Source: Octopus bimaculoides
Lineage: Eukaryota
NCBI RefSeq assembly: GCF_001194135.2
Contig: NC_068985.1
Span: 68,906,922 to 68,957,934, forward strand
Direction: 5' to 3'
DNA length: 51,013 nt
The position numbers and the translations under genes were made by a program. The notes beneath the pieces were generated by a model. That model was not told the origin of the DNA, did not search any database, and saw only the letters and a list, made by a program, of their open reading frames with translations. The first letter of the stretch is position 1. Each line of letters starts with the position of its first letter. This document shows positions 14,379-25,440 of this stretch, in pieces.

Positions 14379-14445
<67 letters not shown>
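12180..14445 (+). mobile_element. Tx1/L1-clade LINE, degenerate ORF2 (RT and C-terminus), 3' UTR and (TAT)n tail
   Basis: Colinear decayed motifs: MPDMFG; LAIIVDYLIDE; GA-INLDLSKLF; YSDICSMVRINFHLSKP; CP-FPLLYVMVP*TLLRKL; VLAHVCDVPVIMAD (decayed YADD); KEHNSATEANIN; QQLVSLTQHQSWIRSR; LGVDENHPAILFQTIF. Ends gtgaccagtaaaggaa followed by (TAT)n. Many stops and frameshifts. Confidence 0.85.
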
Positions 14446-15721
14446 CACCATCATTATTGTTGTTGCTGCTGTTTTTGTTGTCGGTGTTGTTGTTGCTAAC
14501 ATTGTGAGTAATCATTTTGTGCATATATACGTGTCTAATATTTGTTTGTTGCAAAAAACATCAGACAAGGGTTAACATATATGTACATAAACAAAATGAA
14601 ATATGCAAAAGTACAGCCAAACTGAAATCTATTGCACCATAAAGGTATTTGAAGTATTTCATGAAACTAATCAATAAGTCCACTGGAAACATAACGTGAT
14701 ATACGTGAGCGTCGATCCATGAAATTGCTTTATATTTAGTGCATAAGAACGTCAAGCAAATGACGATTAAAAATATCCCTTTTAAAAAACAACATTCCAT
14801 TTCTTCATTTCTTTGTTTTAATATGTTTTTCTTGGGTCTACGCCACTGTATTTGAGATAGATTTAACTCACTGAAAAGAATATACCACTCTCATGATATA
14901 TCCTAATTCTTATGGAATACGAATGTCCGACAGCCTGGTGGTTATTATTCCTAGTTTACATATCTATATTTATGTTTGTAGATTAATTCGATACATCTTG
15001 AGAGAATAACGAAGAAGTACAAAAGGAAGGAAACGATACTGACTTAAGCAAGTTAGATTTGAGAAATAGTATTGAAATTTGCGCGCGCGCGCGCGTGTAT
15101 ACAGACATTTTCGTGTTTTTCGAGAGGAATTAGCAAATATTCGAATATCAGTTTATTATGGATATATATTGCACAAATAGTGAACACCAATTAACCCTTT
15201 TGAATAATACAATTTAATGACAATATACACGTCCGCTTAATTAATACACTATGCTATAGTTATTTGGAAAAATACCAGCCTTCAACCAGAATGTATGATA
15301 ACCTATTCTAGGTAACTTTGCTCAGAAATAAAATTGACATTAGAAACTAGCAGTTGATGAATCATTTGTTTCTACTTTATATTTAATATAACTATTTCAT
15401 CTCAGTTTAACAAGATGGAGCGTATATGCAATAGACAAAAACGTTATGAAAGTTTATAAACTATAATCTAATTGTCAAGATTTCTATTACACGTTTATAC
15501 AAGTTTTGACCCAAATTAAAAAGAAGCCTAACAATTTTGATCAAGAAAACAATCAGTTTCTATATGTTATTCTTTCAATTGAAAAACTATTCACTTACAT
15601 AAATTTCGTATATGGTACCTTCCGACCGGTTTTGTGCTGTATCTTCTTTCAGAAAATCTGTAACTGTACATTCTAATATCAAATTCAAGTTTCCGTCGAT
15701 TAAAATTCGCTCAGAAGTCTA

Positions 15722-15822
15722 GACTCGGCCGGAGACTGTAGTAAAGAAGTCCCAGATAACATGCACTGAACCAGAACTATGTGGCGGGGAAGCAAGCTTC
15801 TTCCCACGCAGCTACGCCTGCG
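15722..15822 (-). mobile_element. tRNA-derived SINE (second family), 5' portion
   Basis: Minus strand reads cgcaggcgtagctgcgtgggaagaagcttgcttccccgccacatagttctggttcagt, with A-box-like and B-box-like (ggttcagt) segments. Confidence 0.75.
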
Positions 15823-15992
15823 TAGATTTTATTTTCCTCTTAATACAAGTGTTTTGATTGCAACGCATTTATAATTACTCACCCTTTATTTAACGCTGTT
15901 TCAATCGTATATCCGTGTATATGCACACATGTGCACACAAGCGAACGTTTGACCGCGAAATGCACGTACACACTCACAGACTGACACACACA

Positions 15993-16031
<39 letters not shown>

Positions 16032-17499
16032 TCACACGAATATGCACAAACATATCACACCAACAACACAATGACGTACACACAATCGGATATACTCATT
16101 GGCAGGCTTTCAGGGTAATATTTTGAAATTCCTAGAATGAATGAAAAAGCCACTTCTAGGAAGACAGCTTATGCATTCGTCCAGGAGACTGCCTGCAAGA
16201 TCAGAAAATACCTGCAGAGCTTCCGATGATTTGTTAAGTAAGTTATTACTAAATTTCGAGATTTTTCCTTTGCACTAATTCTCATGAAAGGAGAAACTGA
16301 ATGTAGTTTCCCAGGCATTAATACATTTGGTTGCTTTGAATGAAATTTCATGTTGTACGTACTCAATAAAATCCGTTTTATTTATTTATTTATTTATTTA
16401 TTTTTGTCACAGTAGTCTAACCACCATGTTATACTAAATCGCCAAATTCATAATCTTACCGTTTGTTTTTATCCTCTGATGAAAAAATTCCTTTCGTTAT
16501 TCCTTTATCCCCAAATTGTGTGCCACAAAATTAGTTCCTATACTATTCGGAGATTTATAAAAATTATTAAATACGCGGCACGGATTGTAATACCACTCTG
16601 AAATTGTTAATTGTAAATCAGTTGACGTCATTTCTATCATTTCCAATGTAACTGAAATAATCATAAGCAAACATCTTTTTCATAACCTAGTCTGCATATC
16701 CCGCTTTTAGAACAAAATGTATGACTTTTATAGATCGAGATCTGTTACAGTGATGTTTTTCTATTGACACTAATAATGGATGTTATATTTGAGAAATTTA
16801 CTGAAAACAATAAGATTTATTTTGACATCATCAACAAATATTTTGACTCGTTTGACCTCGAAATTTCTTTTGTACATAAGTTTTTTCTATTACACAGCCT
16901 TATAGTAATATATCATTTTGGTGGATTCCCTTTTGATCTACATTTTATCATCTGTTACGTATATCAGAGTTTCATTATTTTCTACTTTCATACTCTTGTA
17001 CAATGACTTATGCAGATAATAACACCTTTACTTTCACATTAGGCACATAGGCACCATTTACATATAACCTAGACGTTCACTTCCTGTTTGAAGCATGACT
17101 AAAAATATTCTTCAATACGTCTTTGGGAAACATGTCTTTCAACATTGAACATAACAATTTATGCTAAGACATTATAACTCCAATTTGTGCTAAGAACACT
17201 ATTGGAATTGGGAGCTTTTACATAGACACCCAACTTACAAGAAATAACTGACAGCACAAATTGACTGCATACACTTCTTTAAAGAAGGCACGATAGCAAA
17301 CTAGTAATTAATATACAAATGAAGGAATGTGTATGGTTAACACTTTTTTTTATCATATATCTCCTCTAACAAAATAAGACAATTAAGAACATAAAATGAC
17401 TAAATAGTAACTATTTTCCTTTATTATTTCTCGTACAAATATGTTGTGATACACATTATTTACATTGACGGATATTTGTCCTCATCTTGTTTGTTATTA

Positions 17500-17543
17500 A
17501 CACAACGTTTCGGCTGATTTACCCTCCAAGATTCATCAGATGT
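17500..17543 (-). ncRNA. Type I minimal hammerhead ribozyme core, stem II degenerate
   Basis: ACAT-CTGATGA-atcttggagggtaaatcagcc-GAAAC-GTT-GTGT. Contains the CUGAUGA and GAAA boxes, a palindromic ACGT for a dimeric stem III, and stem I ACAU/GUGU. Stem II pairs only partly. Confidence 0.7.
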
Positions 17544-17643
17544 CTTGGGGAAATTTCGAACTTGGGTTCTCATTCCCAAGGTATTTTTCGATGTTATCGT
17601 TATTATTATCATCATTATTATCATTATTATCATTATTATTCAT

Positions 17644-17715
17644 GCCACTTCCTGGAATCGAACTCGGAATCTTGGGGTGAGTAATCCACCCTCTTAACCA
17701 CTGCGCCATATACCC
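17644..17715 (-). ncRNA. tRNA-like segment with Pol III A and B boxes inside the PLE 3' region (not a functional tRNA)
   Basis: gggtatatggcgcagtggttaagagggtggattactcaccccaagattccgagttcgattccaggaagtggc; A box TGGCGCAGTGG, B box GTTCGATTCC; acceptor stem does not pair. Confidence 0.75.
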
Positions 17716-18499
17716 GTAGGCAATTATGGAGTAAATTTTAGGGCTTATAAATCTAATATTTTCCTATCCTATCCTGTATCAATACCAGTTTCCATATGCT
17801 ATTCATATCGGCATTCGGATGTTGTTGTGTCCTAGCAGATGTGCTGTCTCTTTTAGTTTTCGTATTTTCCAGTGGTGTTCTCTGTCTATTATTGTAACTT
17901 CATCCCACAGCGTGAGGTGGTCTCCATTTTCCATACATGATTAGCTATACCCGATTTATCAAAATCTCCTCCTGTCACAGCTTTGCGATGTTCGTCTACC
18001 CTTCTTTTGAGAGGGTAGCATGTTTAGCCTTTGTATAACCTACCACAGGTGCATGGGATGGAGTACACGGAGTTTTCGGTCATATTCTCTTCTATTGGTA
18101 GTTTTACCCGAAGGAGATATTTGCGAAGTGTTGTATTACACTTGAATACTGTCCTGATGTCATATGGTTCGCATATCTTTTGTAACTTTTCGGAAAGGGC
18201 TTTCACATAGGGTAGACTGACTGTAGACAGTTCATTGGTTTCATCCAATCTTTTCTTCATAATTGGAGTAGATAGTATGTTTTTGGAGTAGTTGTTGCTT
18301 AACAGATTGTTACTGAGCTTGATCATTTCTTGCATCATATTTAATTTCATCAAAAAGACTGTCAGAATCATGTAATCTAGTTTTCCCGTGTCAAAGAGAA
18401 GCTTCTGTCTATTCATATACAAGCACAGTTGTATTTGCCTGTGTTTCACAATCCACCATCTTACTTACCAAGGTCTGAGTACTGCGATTATGCACTTAC

Positions 18500-18770
18500 A
18501 TATGTTTAAAGTACTTTGTTTGGGGAAAACGGATGGAAAGGGGTGATCTGTCTATGGTCCATTAGAATTGATGAAATGCTGAGAGCAAATGTGGCTATTT
18601 GCAATGTCAACAAAGTCTTTCCTCACAAGTTTCGATCTCTGAAGCCAAACACGACGAATAGCGACGTTTTCAGGGTATCTACTAAGTGAAATAACTTTGC
18701 CATCTACATTCTTCCCTCTATAATTGCTTCATATACAGCAGTGTTTGCAGGATTTCTTCGGAGACATCAT
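18500..18770 (-). pseudogene. THAP zinc-finger domain pseudo-exon
   Basis: MMSPKKSCKHCCI*SNYRGKNVDGKVISLSRYPENVAIRRVWLQRSKLVRKDFVDIANSHICSQHFINSNGP*TDHPFPSVFP. C2CH pattern (the second Cys is now TGA) with the conserved P, W, CSxHF and PSVF; two in-frame stops; GTAAGT donor-like site at 18494-18499. Confidence 0.8.
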
Positions 18771-18806
18771 ATTAACAGGTCATACAGCCTGTGAGTCGGT
18801 AGTCCG

Positions 18807-18872
18807 CGGAAGTAGAAACAAGTCACTGAGCATGCGTACATGTCATATGGGAGAGTTCCAATCAGGGGCGGA
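18807..18872 (-). promoter_or_regulatory. Cluster of housekeeping-type promoter motifs upstream of the THAP ATG
   Basis: As read on the plus strand: CGGAAGT (ETS-like, 18807-18813), GCATGCGT (NRF1-like, 18830-18837), CCAATCAG (NF-Y, 18858-18865), GGGGCGGA (Sp1 GC box, 18865-18872). Confidence 0.45.
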
Positions 18873-21149
18873 TAGCTATCTTATCAGAATGTGCTATACA
18901 GGCTGTTATGGCTAAATTTGACGAAATTATTTCTCCTTCATATCGAAAACAGCTTGTTATATTGACGAACACTTAATGCCGATGGAGAACATAAATATTG
19001 AAGTTGAGAAAAAGCTTGCTGACATGATATATTGAAAAAGAGTCACTTATGTCATGAAGGATCGCGCTCTGTATCAAAATGCCAACATCATGGCTACTGC
19101 TCAACGTTCTGTGAAGTCTGTAAATGATGTTAGACATGACATGGACAACTGAAACAGAGACAACGAAGCCGTTAGCAGCATCAAGTGATGATGCAGGCAT
19201 TCTGAATGCAACAGCACGTCGAAATTCATCCTTACGTTTTTAAACAGGGCTCTATTCGAACAGCTTTACGAAGCTGCTGGTGAATGTGGTCGAAACTTGA
19301 CTGAAGAATGTTACTTCAAATTAACGAAAAATTAATAAAGAAAAGGATATACTTGATATCTTTTCCCGAGTAGTACAACTGATTTTGTCGACAGTATTTG
19401 TATGAAACAGTATTTTAATCAAGCAATATTTGAAATTAGAATGTAATAAGAAAACTAATTATAAGATTCTGTACTTAATTCAAGGAATGAACTTACTACA
19501 TTTAAGTATAATGGGAAATTGTGTGAAAACTAGGCTTCAATAGAATCCTGTCAATTCGAGATACCTAGTTTATATATGTTTATGAGTATGTGAATATTCT
19601 GTACCTGTGTAATTTCATGTGTATGAGTGTGTATGAGTGTGTATGTATGCCTGCCCGAGTGTGCGTATTCTTTGATTAAGACATCATGATACTTTTGGAC
19701 GATACAGTAAGCAACCGATGCTTTCGACTTATGAATTCTGGATATAATTAAAGAAATGCACACATGAATCGAAGAACCTCATGTAATGTATTTATAAATA
19801 TTAATTTTAAAAATTCTTGTCTTCATGAAACTCGGAATAATCTGTGTTTAAAAGCATTGGCTAAAATGTAAGATATAGAATAAAACACACTTTGCTTTGA
19901 AGAGAGGTTATTTTTTTGTTTCTCGCATGAGCAGAAATAAATTTTTAAATCTCACAATTTATCTATCATGAGACATTTTTGTTTTGAGAATTATATAAAA
20001 AATCATTTCCTTTCTCTGGAAAATGTTAAATATGTAATCCATATGATAAGCTTTTTGAAAAGCTTTACCCAGGTATGTAAAATGAATTTAATTTATCGAC
20101 GTTCAAAAAGTTGTCAGAGAAAATATATTTTGAACTGCTATGAAAGCCACATGAATATTACATATTGTATACTTACTGCTTGAGAAGTGTGTCAAAATGA
20201 TGAATCTGTAGACTTAATAGAAATGAATATTCGACGAAGCAAACACTGCAGCACTGGAAGAAACAATAGAAAGGAAAGAATCTCAAAACTGTTCTATGGT
20301 TTATTCTTACGCTCTGCAGTTTCTGCCGATACATTTTGACAACTACAGTCGTAATTATGCTCCTCACATAGTCAAATCTTCAGAAGTATTTACTGAATGG
20401 TAATAATATGAATGGGTAAGGTTTCATTTCAGAACTTTAAGAGTCTAAAAGAAAGGCAGAAAGGTATTTTCTTCATTGTTTTTCCAATTCTATGAACTTA
20501 ACATTCACTATTTTTGGCACAATGCAACATATTTTTGTGGCAAAGGATAAATGTTTAATTCGAAATTGCATGCTGTGATTCTTATAGAGCGAAAACAGCA
20601 GAAATATCATTGAATTATAAAAATCACAGGTAACAGAAAGGGAAGATAATAATGACAGCTTTCAGAGTACTTCACTTGAAATCCGGCACAGAATGATTAT
20701 ATTTATTTCGACTTCTTGGGCATAGATTTTTCTGCAGCTAGAAAATTAATTTAGGATAACAAATTATGCAATGATGTATAAAGGGAATAAAGGGAATCTC
20801 ATACAAATGGCAAGAAGAGAAAAATCTTTTCTGTCTTAAAGCAAGACAACAAATAAACAATGTGTATATATAGAAAAACGAGAACGTAAACAACTAGCAA
20901 GACTGAAAAATGAAAAGAAAGTGTTTTCTTTATATTTCTATTGTTTACATAGAAACAAACAAAATAAAAAAAAACAACTTCTAAACAGAAATAGGGATAA
21001 ATAAGGAGCGAAGATATGTACAAATGTAACTGCAGAATATATTGAGTTTGTGAAAAGACAATGAAATGCATTGTAGTTGACTTCTCGGTCTTCAGGAAAG
21101 AGTAATATTTACACATACACACACAAACACGCATGCCCACTCACACATA

Positions 21150-21235
21150 CATACGTATCTATCTATATATCTATCTATCTATCTGTCTATCTGTCTATCT
21201 GTCTGTATGTCTGTATGTATGTCTGTCTGTCTGTA

Positions 21236-21298
<63 letters not shown>

Positions 21299-21300
21299 AT
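21150..21300. repeat. (TATC/TGTC)n microsatellite next to the Neptune-like PLE 3' end
   Basis: Direct reading. Confidence 0.95.
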
Positions 21301-21344
21301 GATTATGTATGTATACATGTATTTATGTGTGTGTGTGTAAGTAT

Positions 21345-23810
21345 GTGTAGTTCAAATCTAGAGAAAAACTAAAGACGAAGACAAGTGTAGGAACAACAAG
21401 CAGGTGTATAGTTTGACATTCGGGAAAAATGGAGCCTACACTTTCCGATAGAAAGTAACAAGAAGGAAAACATAGAGAGATAATGCAAACAAACGCAGAG
21501 AGAATACAACAGTGCACAGTTCAGCAGACACATGGCGTATTACTGGAAAAAGAAAAGGTTGGATGGAAGGGAGATAATAATAAAAAAAGAGGTTGAATGA
21601 AAGGGGTGTGTGTGTGTGTGTGAAAATGGTTTGTAAAAGTGTGTATGTGTGTATGTGTGAATGGGGGGAGGGCGAGTGACTAACGTGTGTGTATGGGTGT
21701 GCGTATGAAACATATGTGGGTATGTGTATGTGATGTGTGCTTTTTCAAGTGGTGTGTGCACATGTATATGTGTGTGTATGTGTGTGTGACCGATTAGTGT
21801 GCATGTGCATAGTGTTTGTTTGTGGATGAAAGTTATCTTTGTCTATGCGTGTTGCGTGTGTGTATATATATTCTTTTCAACTCTAGGCACAAGGCCCGAA
21901 ATTTTGGTGGAGAGGGAGCCAGTCGATTAGATTGACCCCAGTACGCAACTGATACTAAATTTATCAACCCGAAAATGATGAAAAGCAAAGTCGATCCTGG
22001 CGGAATTTGAACTCAGACAGACGAAATTCCATCGACCCAAGTGCGTCACTGGTACTTAATTTATCAACCACGATAGGTATTATTTGGTTGTGTGGCTGTT
22101 GGAGTGTGCTTGATGGTGGTTGGTGTGTGTACAGTTAAACTGTGTGTGCCTGCTTGTATAGTAGTATGTCTGCTGACGTTTTTGAAGATTATTGGTGGGT
22201 GTGTGGATAAAGTGGTCGGTGCTAGTGTGTGTGAAGTGGAAATGTGTTGTGGGATTGTGTGGTGAGTTGAACAGTGTGTATGGGTGTGTCTATAGTGGTG
22301 CGTGTGTGGCGAGGGTACGAAGGTGGACGGTATGAAGGCGGAGGGGGCACTTGAATGTGGGAGCTGTGCGGGAATCCGTGTGTGGTTGGTGTCAGATAAA
22401 GAGACGAGGTTAGTTGAGCCAATATGTAGTAAAGAAACGAGGAAAGATTATTCCTTTTCACAAAGAAGATGAGGTCGTTGTGGTTTCAGTGCTGAAACAG
22501 TCCGAACAGAGATGTAGCTAATAACCGGTAGAGCGGAAGTGGTGCGACACCAAGATGTCATTGCCGAGTGTGATGTCTCGGAGGCGCTCCGCGATACGGC
22601 AAGCCAAACGGCGTTCCGTTTGACCGATGTACATGGAAGGATAGAGAAAACAAGAGATGCAGTAAATAGCATTACTAGAGGTGCAGGTAAGGGAGTGTGT
22701 GACATGATAGGGACGGCTATAAGTTCCTGTGAGGATGGTGGTGTCGGAGAGGTAGAGGCAAATGTGATAGTGTAGGTGCAAGGCTGGGAGGCGAAGATAC
22801 GGAAGAAACAGCGGACCATGAGGTAACGCAGATTACGGGGTCGTTTGAAGGAGGGAAAGCGTAGGTTACGGAAGATGTGCGAGGTGGAGATTTCAGACTG
22901 TAGTCGCCAGAAGGCTCGGAAAACTGTGCGTTGGAGGGGTAGGGTGGAAGGGTGGTAGGTGTGTAGAAACAGGACACGGGTAAGGGTGGGGCGGGTGCAA
23001 GTAGAAAGAGCAGAGCTATGGTCTACAGATCATGACCTGTCAAGTGCAGTGTAGAAAAATGGTGAGGAGATATCAACGTAGGATGAAGTGACAAGCCATG
23101 AATTGAGACAAAGATTCAGTCATGGTCGTCAGCGTAGAACCTGCGTAGAAAGAGAAATCGGGAGTAGGGGATGCAAATCTTGGTATGGGTATGGTGGGAT
23201 GAGGAGGAGGCGGAGGAGGAGGCGGAGGAGGANNNNNNNNNNNNNNNNNNNNNNNNNNNNNNNNNNNNNNNNNNNNNNNNNNNNNNNNNNNNNNNNNNNN
23301 NNNNNNNNNNNNNNNNNNNNNNNNNNNNNNNNNNNNNNNNNNNNNNNNNNNNNNNNNNNNNNNNNNNNNNNNNNNNNNNNNNNNNNNNNNGAGGAGGAGG
23401 AGTTAGTGTGTTTGTAGTGGATGGAATTATTGACAGTGCAGTGGTGTATGCCGACGGAAATGTCAATAAATTCGACCGAAGAGTTAGACATGGTGCAGAA
23501 AAATTCTAAGGCAGGACGAAAGAGAGGAAGGAGTCCAATTGTTCACGGGAGAGTGAGGTCGCGACAATACATTCATTGATATAACGACCGTATAGCTCGG
23601 GAGTGGGACCAGTGAATTGTGAGAATATTTGGTCCTCAACGTAGCCAGTGTACAGGTATGCATAGTTGGGGCCTATTCTCTTTCTCTTGGCAACACCCGA
23701 GATCTATTGATAAAACTACTCCCCAAACGAGAAGTATTTGAGGGAGAAGTATGGAGGCGTCAGGTTAAGGTTAAACCGATGGTCAAGGAAGTGTTTAGGC
23801 CTTCCGAATA
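21345..23810 (-). mobile_element. Penelope-like element (Neptune-like), 5'-truncated: RT, GIY-YIG endonuclease and long 3' region
   Basis: RT: GPNYAYLYTGYVEDQIFSQFTGPTPELYGRYINECIVATSLSREQLDSFLSF (decayed YIDD), then SNSSVEFIDISV...IHYKHT...HTKICIPYSRFLFLRR. Endonuclease: THSLTCTSSNAIYCISC...MYIGQTERRLACRIAERLRDITLGNDILVSHHFRSTG. The coding region ends near 22393. The 3' boundary is from recalled similarity and is less certain. Confidence 0.88.
21880..22072 (-). mobile_element. tRNA-derived SINE inserted in the PLE 3' region, with a second partial core copy
   Basis: Reverse complement of the 36605-36795 family. The core gacccc(a)agt...ttaatttatcaacc appears twice (21934-21970 and 22034-22069). 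Confidence 0.85.
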
Positions 23811-23829
23811 ATTAAATGATCGTTACTTC

Positions 23830-24800
23830 ATGGAGATCGCAAATGTTGCTGAACAGTATGGACCTTTCTCCTGCAGACATTTCTGGTTGATTTTAGCGCC
23901 TGACATTGCCTTGTTTTTGCTTAGTGCAGAGCAGATCATCACCGTGTTTTAGATTCTGCCATTATTATGGCGTACTAGTCTTTGATGGATGTCACGCAAT
24001 GTCCTTAGATTCAACAATACTGTCTTCATAGACATAATGTATACAATATACGAAAGGGAATTCTATCGACGCACCTTATTTAATGGTTGTGATATGTGGC
24101 TATCGATTTTAACTAGCCAGCAGATGACACTGTACATTCCAGTGACCCAACTGCCGAAGACAGGACCGAAACCGACTGGAGTAACGGCAGCCACCAAGAA
24201 TGTTTCGTTGGAATTATCGAAATCTTTTGATTGGTTTTATGTTGATCTGGAGTCTTCTGTGCCAGTTTCCTTAACCACTTTCTCCATTATGAATCACGTG
24301 AGGTGAGTTAGCCATACAAAATTGTGTTCCATATAGCGAATATATTTGTGTCACCAGCCAGATTTCCGACCGCCATCACCAATCTATTTGCTTACAATTA
24401 TGCCAGATCTTGACAGCTGCATTGAACTGTCATGGGACGAATAATACAATTTTCCTTCGCTTTTTTCGGGTAATTAATTATTAATGTTCTTTATATAAAA
24501 CGAAAAGAAATATTTCATACTTTTGATTGAAATATTCCAAGTCATCTTGCTCAAATTTAGCATATTAATGAAACTTTAGTTGGGTAGACAATGCAACCTT
24601 AGGGATTTTCCCTTCGTGCAGCTAGCCATCACTCCACGTATTTTGTGTCCTGTTATGGGGCTCTCAAATGACACCTTCTCCGCTGTGTGATTCACTGGAG
24701 ACAGTCAAGATTGGTATTGACGTCAATAGGTAGAAGTAATATCCACAAGTATTTGCATCAAAACCCGTAACAATAACCAAACCTCTATTGTATTTGTTTG
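23830..24800 (-). mobile_element. Tx1/L1-clade LINE ORF2 (RT) fragment
   Basis: FESPITGHKIRGVMASCTKGKSLRLHCLP (decayed K-PG-DG region); IRPMTV...ANRLVMAVGNL; NQSKDFD...PVGFGPVFGSWVTGMYSVICWLVKIDSHISQP; SGAKINQK. Same family type as 12180-14445. Confidence 0.8.
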
Positions 24801-25027
24801 TCATACTATCCTATTATACTGTGCTTAAAACCATGTAACTGCTTCCCATTTATGCATTTCTTTCAGTACACACTCATTCCATTTCTCTTTGACTTTAGGT
24901 CCAACTATATGACATGCCCGCTGCACTTGACATGTTTATATCTCTTTCTACTGTCTATTTTCTACCTCTTTCTTCAACTAACTAGCCATATAACGTAAAA
25001 GCAATACCCGTCTTTTACTTCTCAGCA

Positions 25028-25030
25028 CCA

Positions 25031-25065
<35 letters not shown>

Positions 25066-25102
25066 TTCTTTCTGTATGTCTGTCTCTGTTTGTCTGTCTG
25101 TC

Positions 25103-25146
<44 letters not shown>

Positions 25147-25160
25147 GCTCTCTCTCTCTC
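25028..25160. repeat. Compound (CA)n-(TGTC)n-(TC)n microsatellite
   Basis: Direct reading. Confidence 0.95.
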
Positions 25161-25440
25161 TACGCCACGTTTCTCCCTTGAACTAAAGACTAGGCAGCGT
25201 GTAAGCGTAATAAGTATTACTTTCCAATCCCTCAAAACGTTAACACTTCCCTCTCCCTCTTTGTCTCATTTATTCTCTCTTAATCTCTCTCACTTTTTTC
25301 TCTTATTTTTTCTCTCTCTTCTTTTAATCTCTCTCTGTTTTTCCCTCCCTCTTTTTCTCTCGTTTCTTGCCTCTCCCTTCGGGTAACCATCAGAAAGTGT
25401 AACACCTTAGCATATTAATATATAGATGGTGAATACGTAA

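Larger units (their letters stand above)
17452..18330 (-). mobile_element. Penelope-like element (Poseidon-like), 3' part: RT C-terminal linker, GIY-YIG endonuclease and terminal region
   Basis: ORF 18024-18449 contains LPYVKALSEKLQKICEPYDIRTVFKCNTTLRKYLLRVK...NSVYSIPCTCGRLYKG. After frameshifts it continues EHRKAVTGGDFDKSGIANHVW...LWDEVTIIDREHHWKIRKLKE to a stop near 17753. Confidence 0.9.

Noticed and set aside
15081-15095. (GC)7 run, a potential Z-DNA site (shorter runs near 36469, 48305 and 49233)
   Set aside because: Typical variant at the edge of (GT)/(CA) microsatellites; no evidence of function.
17668-17690. GGGTG-GATTACT-CACCC arm with apparent TTA (ochre suppressor) anticodon in the tRNA-like unit
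   Set aside because: The loop lacks the conserved pyrimidine-U start, the acceptor and T stems do not pair, and it sits in a retroelement end.
21380-21450. Expected hammerhead at the Neptune-like PLE 3' end
   Set aside because: Neither an intact CTGANGA nor a GAAAC box is present in this copy.
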